Source: Nemertoderma westbladi
Lineage: Eukaryota; Animalia; Xenacoelomorpha
Direction of reading: 5' to 3'
NCBI GenBank assembly: GCA_032718475.1
Contig: JAUCBJ010000865.1
Location: forward strand, 29,337 to 93,336
Length of the DNA stretch: 64,000 bases
Made by a program: the position numbers and the translations under genes. Below are positions 60,451 to 64,000 of this stretch, piece by piece (within the stretch, counting starts at the first letter, position 1; the number at the start of each line of letters is the position of its first letter). The notes beneath the pieces were generated by a model, which was given only the letters and a program-made list of their open reading frames with translations, was not told the DNA's origin and made no database searches.

Positions 60451-61759
60451 TCAGAGTTTATGCGATTATTCGCAACATTCAAGTCCCCAAGTTTGTTCCT
60501 ACAGTAATTGTGTTTGTTATACATACAGCTATAGTTAAATTAACCCCGGTACTACACGGGCTGCTCGGCGTAGGTAAAGACTGGTGATTTTGTGCATCGG
60601 TCACTCCAGCAGATGCCGTGGTTCTTTTAGCTGTTCAAGTATATTTAACTACTGATTATTTGTTGTACAAGTACTCGTACCTAATTTAGGGTTTAGTGTA
60701 CAGTGCTTTCCAAGAATAATTAGTGTAGACATTATATCTGTGTTGTAAAGTGGTTGATAGGCACATTCGATTAGCTCTATTAACTTCTAGGTAGGAACAC
60801 TCCGTGATACATAACGTAGAACCTATAGCGATACGGCTATAGGTCGTCAGGCAGTGGTATTTTCCTATCTAGACAACGCAGTGTATTTACTACTACTTAT
60901 TATTTCAAATACCGTAGTACCCTGTCCGTTGTAATAACCGGTTTTCTAACCCTTTGTTAGGCTGGTTTGTAGACTTCTTGTAAAATTACCCTAAAAATTC
61001 GTATTTGTGTTTTTGTAAATTTTTGTGTTTATTTAGAGATTGTAATCTCAACCCGAATTGTACGTCATTTGTAGTATTAAGTAACTTAGGTAAATTAGAA
61101 TTATTTGTTTTAGTGTCCTATACGTAACACTTCACTAAAAGCGCACCGCTTTGTGTAGTGATTACCCCAGAAATAATAACATTTATTTCAAACATTGACT
61201 AAACCCATTAAAACGGGTATATATATATTATAAATCAAATCTAACGATTTATAAATAGTAGGCCTACCATACAACCATTAGGTCTCAATATCAGTTGGAT
61301 TACTGCTTAAATAACGGTAATAAAGTAAGTTAAAGTAACCAAGTAACCCTAAAGTTCAGAAATTCAATTATTCTAAAATAATTGATATACCGGTATTTAC
61401 GATAGGCCTATTATCTTATTTCTATAAATCTAGGCTGAAATTATACCGGTACTTGTAATTAATTCTATTCTAGAATTATATATACTACAAACAGTAGGCT
61501 GTATACCGGTATTCCGATAGGCCTATTATATATTTATATATATTTGTGCTAAAATTATACCGGTATTCTGTGATAAACCTAGTCTGTAATAATAGTTATA
61601 TATACTATAAGCATACCGGTATTCTAATATATTATATATATATCACGCTACACTGAGTAGCAGTACCGGTAATTAATTACTAGGCTAGCAGGTAATACTG
61701 AGTTACTAGACTTACTCAGACTGTAATACAGCAGTAGACATTCAACGGTATACATAGTC

Positions 61760-64000
61760 ATGTCTGATACTAAGCAGAACCTGTCAGACAGTTTATTAGA
61801 TGTAACTATCTGCGACTCAGATAGAGACGTACAACTGTCTGGTCGTAAATCCAGTTCACCTCCCACTGTGAGGAAGGTCATCCCTCCAGTAGTAATAACA
61901 GAACCTAGGCTGGTCCAACATCGTAGGTCTATCATAGGCACCCGAGCTCAGGTCAAGCGGGACCAACAAGCAGCGGAACAGCAACAACCCGCTAGTCAAG
62001 AACTTATTCCTCAGCGGCCCAGCAGCTCCAGTAGTGAGGATACTGTAGAGCTGACACCCGAGCGCGGAGCAGAGATGACGGATGCGGTTTATACGGATCC
62101 CCTTCTCATCCTTCCTGCAGCCGTGCTCGCTGGGTTATTGATCGCGGTGGAAGAACACCAGATCGATTGGGCGAGAAGTCAACGGTCAACTAGAGATAGC
62201 TACGCGGGATACACGAGTGAAGAACTGAAGTCTATTGTCGAGTCGCAATGGAACTTCCCCGGACCCGGACTCCCGTTTGATTTATCAGAAGCTGCCTGGG
62301 AGGACATACACCGGATGGGAGTAGCCAAGGAAACCATCGATCCAGCTGTATGGAAGAGGTCCGCAGCCGGATACGCACAGGGATTCTTCAGCTCTATGGA
62401 GCGAGTAGAAAGACAACTGTTTCAACAACCTCAAGGACCTCAAGAGCAGGGACAGCTGCTTTATCAAGTTAGAGAAAGAGTTCTGCGGATCAGGCTAATC
62501 TTATCAGCCTTTGAGGAGGCTTCTAAACGAAGACAAGACACGTCGTGGCAAGTTGCCGTAAAGACTTGGTTTCAACGGGTGAGTCGCCAGGTTCAAGGAG
62601 CAGCTCAGTGGAAAGCTCAATTGGAGGAGCGCTCAACCCATGGAGAATCAACAGACGCTACTTTTTCCCAAGTGGAAAGTGAAGCGACGGCAGAGAAACC
62701 GCATAAGAGGGATGCCATTGACATCTATCTGTCAGACTATCAACGTTTTTTAGGTGATGACGAGTTGAGGAGAAGGTTAGAGGGACTTAGCCCTAATAGT
62801 GAAGGAACCAAGCTTGTGTTGGATGCCATCGATGTGGAAATGAGGGCTGCGAATCAGGCTAAATTCGAGGAACAACTCCGCATCACACGAGTTCAAGAAG
62901 AACAAGTAAAGAAAAAACGTATAGAAGACAGAAAGAAAGCAGCAGTGGTAGCTGCAGAAGCAGAAAGAAAGGCGGCAGCGGCCAAGGCAAAGGCGGCAGA
63001 GGTAGCGGCCAAGGCAAAAGCGGCAGAGGCAGCGGCAGAGGCAAAAGCGGCAGAGGCAGCGGCAGAGGCAGCGGCAGAGGCAAAAGTGGCAGAAGCAGAA
63101 CGGAAAGCGGCTGAAGAAACCACCCAATTAGAATTGGAAAACATTCAGGAGAATCAAGACTGCATAAATAAACAGTTAACAGCTAGTAATATGCAGATGA
63201 TGAATCGATCTACTCCCAAAAGACAGGGATATACATCATCTGAGGAAGGCGATACCACCGATACGGAAGGCAAAGGAAATAGATCTCGTCTAAGCAGACG
63301 TAAAAGAACATTCCACCGACAGAAATTGCCTGATTTGCCTCCAGCTGTTAGAAGGCAACTAAGTAACACCAACTTAGGTAGTACAGAGCCCACAGACCAA
63401 ATAATTAAAATAGAAAGACTCCCTACTATAGTAGATGAGCCTGAAATAATTAGGCCTGTTCTTGAAATCACCCCTTCGGTGATAGACACACCTGTGCTCC
63501 CTGAAACTACCTCTAAATTCCCTCTGCATAGCACTAAGCTACCTGTGCCCCGCAGAACTGCCCAGGAGACAGTTCAGGTCCTGGACCCCGAGCGAAATAT
63601 TCACAATTTGTCGCCCGTTGTCCCTCGTCCGCCCGCTACAACGTTGGCGACTCCCGCTTCGGCGGTCGAATGGGTGGACGAGAGACGGCGGGGGATGGAT
63701 ATCCTGCTCGGACAGATGCAGGAGACTGTCCAGCAGTTCAAGGGCACAGTAAGGGAAAGTAGGCTAGAGTTGCAAGAAGTGCAGCAAAGTATCGCGCTAG
63801 AACGCGATAAATTAGTAAATACTCAAAAGGGTATACCACCACCCTCTGTAACAATGTGTCAACCTGTTAGGTCTGAAGTATCGCATGCGCAAGGTGTGGA
63901 GCCTACACGCATTTATACTGCTAGCGAAGTAGAAACTCCTATAGTGAACCCTATTAAGGGTAATTATAGACCTGTTGATAATGATATTCCCTATAGAACT
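61760..64000 (+). CDS. gag: E3 Gag (runs off window)
   Basis: ATG at 61760 (MSDTKQNLSDSLL); colinear with E2 Gag and in the same frame at ETVQQFKGTVRES (63722). Confidence 0.88.
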   Translation, partial: MSDTKQNLSDSLLDVTICDSDRDVQLSGRKSSSPPTVRKVIPPVVITEPRLVQHRRSIIGTRAQVKRDQQAAEQQQPASQELIPQRPSSSSSEDTVELTPERGAEMTDAVYTDPLLILPAAVLAGLLIAVEEHQIDWARSQRSTRDSYAGYTSEELKSIVESQWNFPGPGLPFDLSEAAWEDIHRMGVAKETIDPAVWKRSAAGYAQGFFSSMERVERQLFQQPQGPQEQGQLLYQVRERVLRIRLILSAFEEASKRRQDTSWQVAVKTWFQRVSRQVQGAAQWKAQLEERSTHGESTDATFSQVESEATAEKPHKRDAIDIYLSDYQRFLGDDELRRRLEGLSPNSEGTKLVLDAIDVEMRAANQAKFEEQLRITRVQEEQVKKKRIEDRKKAAVVAAEAERKAAAAKAKAAEVAAKAKAAEAAAEAKAAEAAAEAAAEAKVAEAERKAAEETTQLELENIQENQDCINKQLTASNMQMMNRSTPKRQGYTSSEEGDTTDTEGKGNRSRLSRRKRTFHRQKLPDLPPAVRRQLSNTNLGSTEPTDQIIKIERLPTIVDEPEIIRPVLEITPSVIDTPVLPETTSKFPLHSTKLPVPRRTAQETVQVLDPERNIHNLSPVVPRPPATTLATPASAVEWVDERRRGMDILLGQMQETVQQFKGTVRESRLELQEVQQSIALERDKLVNTQKGIPPPSVTMCQPVRSEVSHAQGVEPTRIYTASEVETPIVNPIKGNYRPVDNDIPYRT

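Overview
AT-rich invertebrate-animal-like nuclear DNA with three host genes: RPB1/POLR2A (three coding exons, minus strand), an intronless xylosyltransferase and an intronless eIF3h. Between them lie nested non-autonomous DNA transposons and four BEL/Pao LTR retrotransposons: E1 14814-34783 (+, near-intact and young), E2 37003-49926 (-, internally deleted), E4 56334-58341 (-, truncated by E3) and E3 58342 to beyond 64000 (+). Three observations stand out. (1) The gag/pol junction of E1 holds a complete predicted group I self-splicing intron (about 21470-22685); its removal would fuse Gag to an otherwise AUG-less Pol. (2) E1, E2 and E3 lack a tRNA-type PBS; each instead has a different 11-12 nt PBS perfectly complementary to a site inside its own LTR, which suggests self-priming. 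(3) The family carries a non-env third ORF that in E1 encodes a DEDD 3'-5' exonuclease plus zinc knuckles. All structures and homologies were derived by eye; no search or folding program was run.
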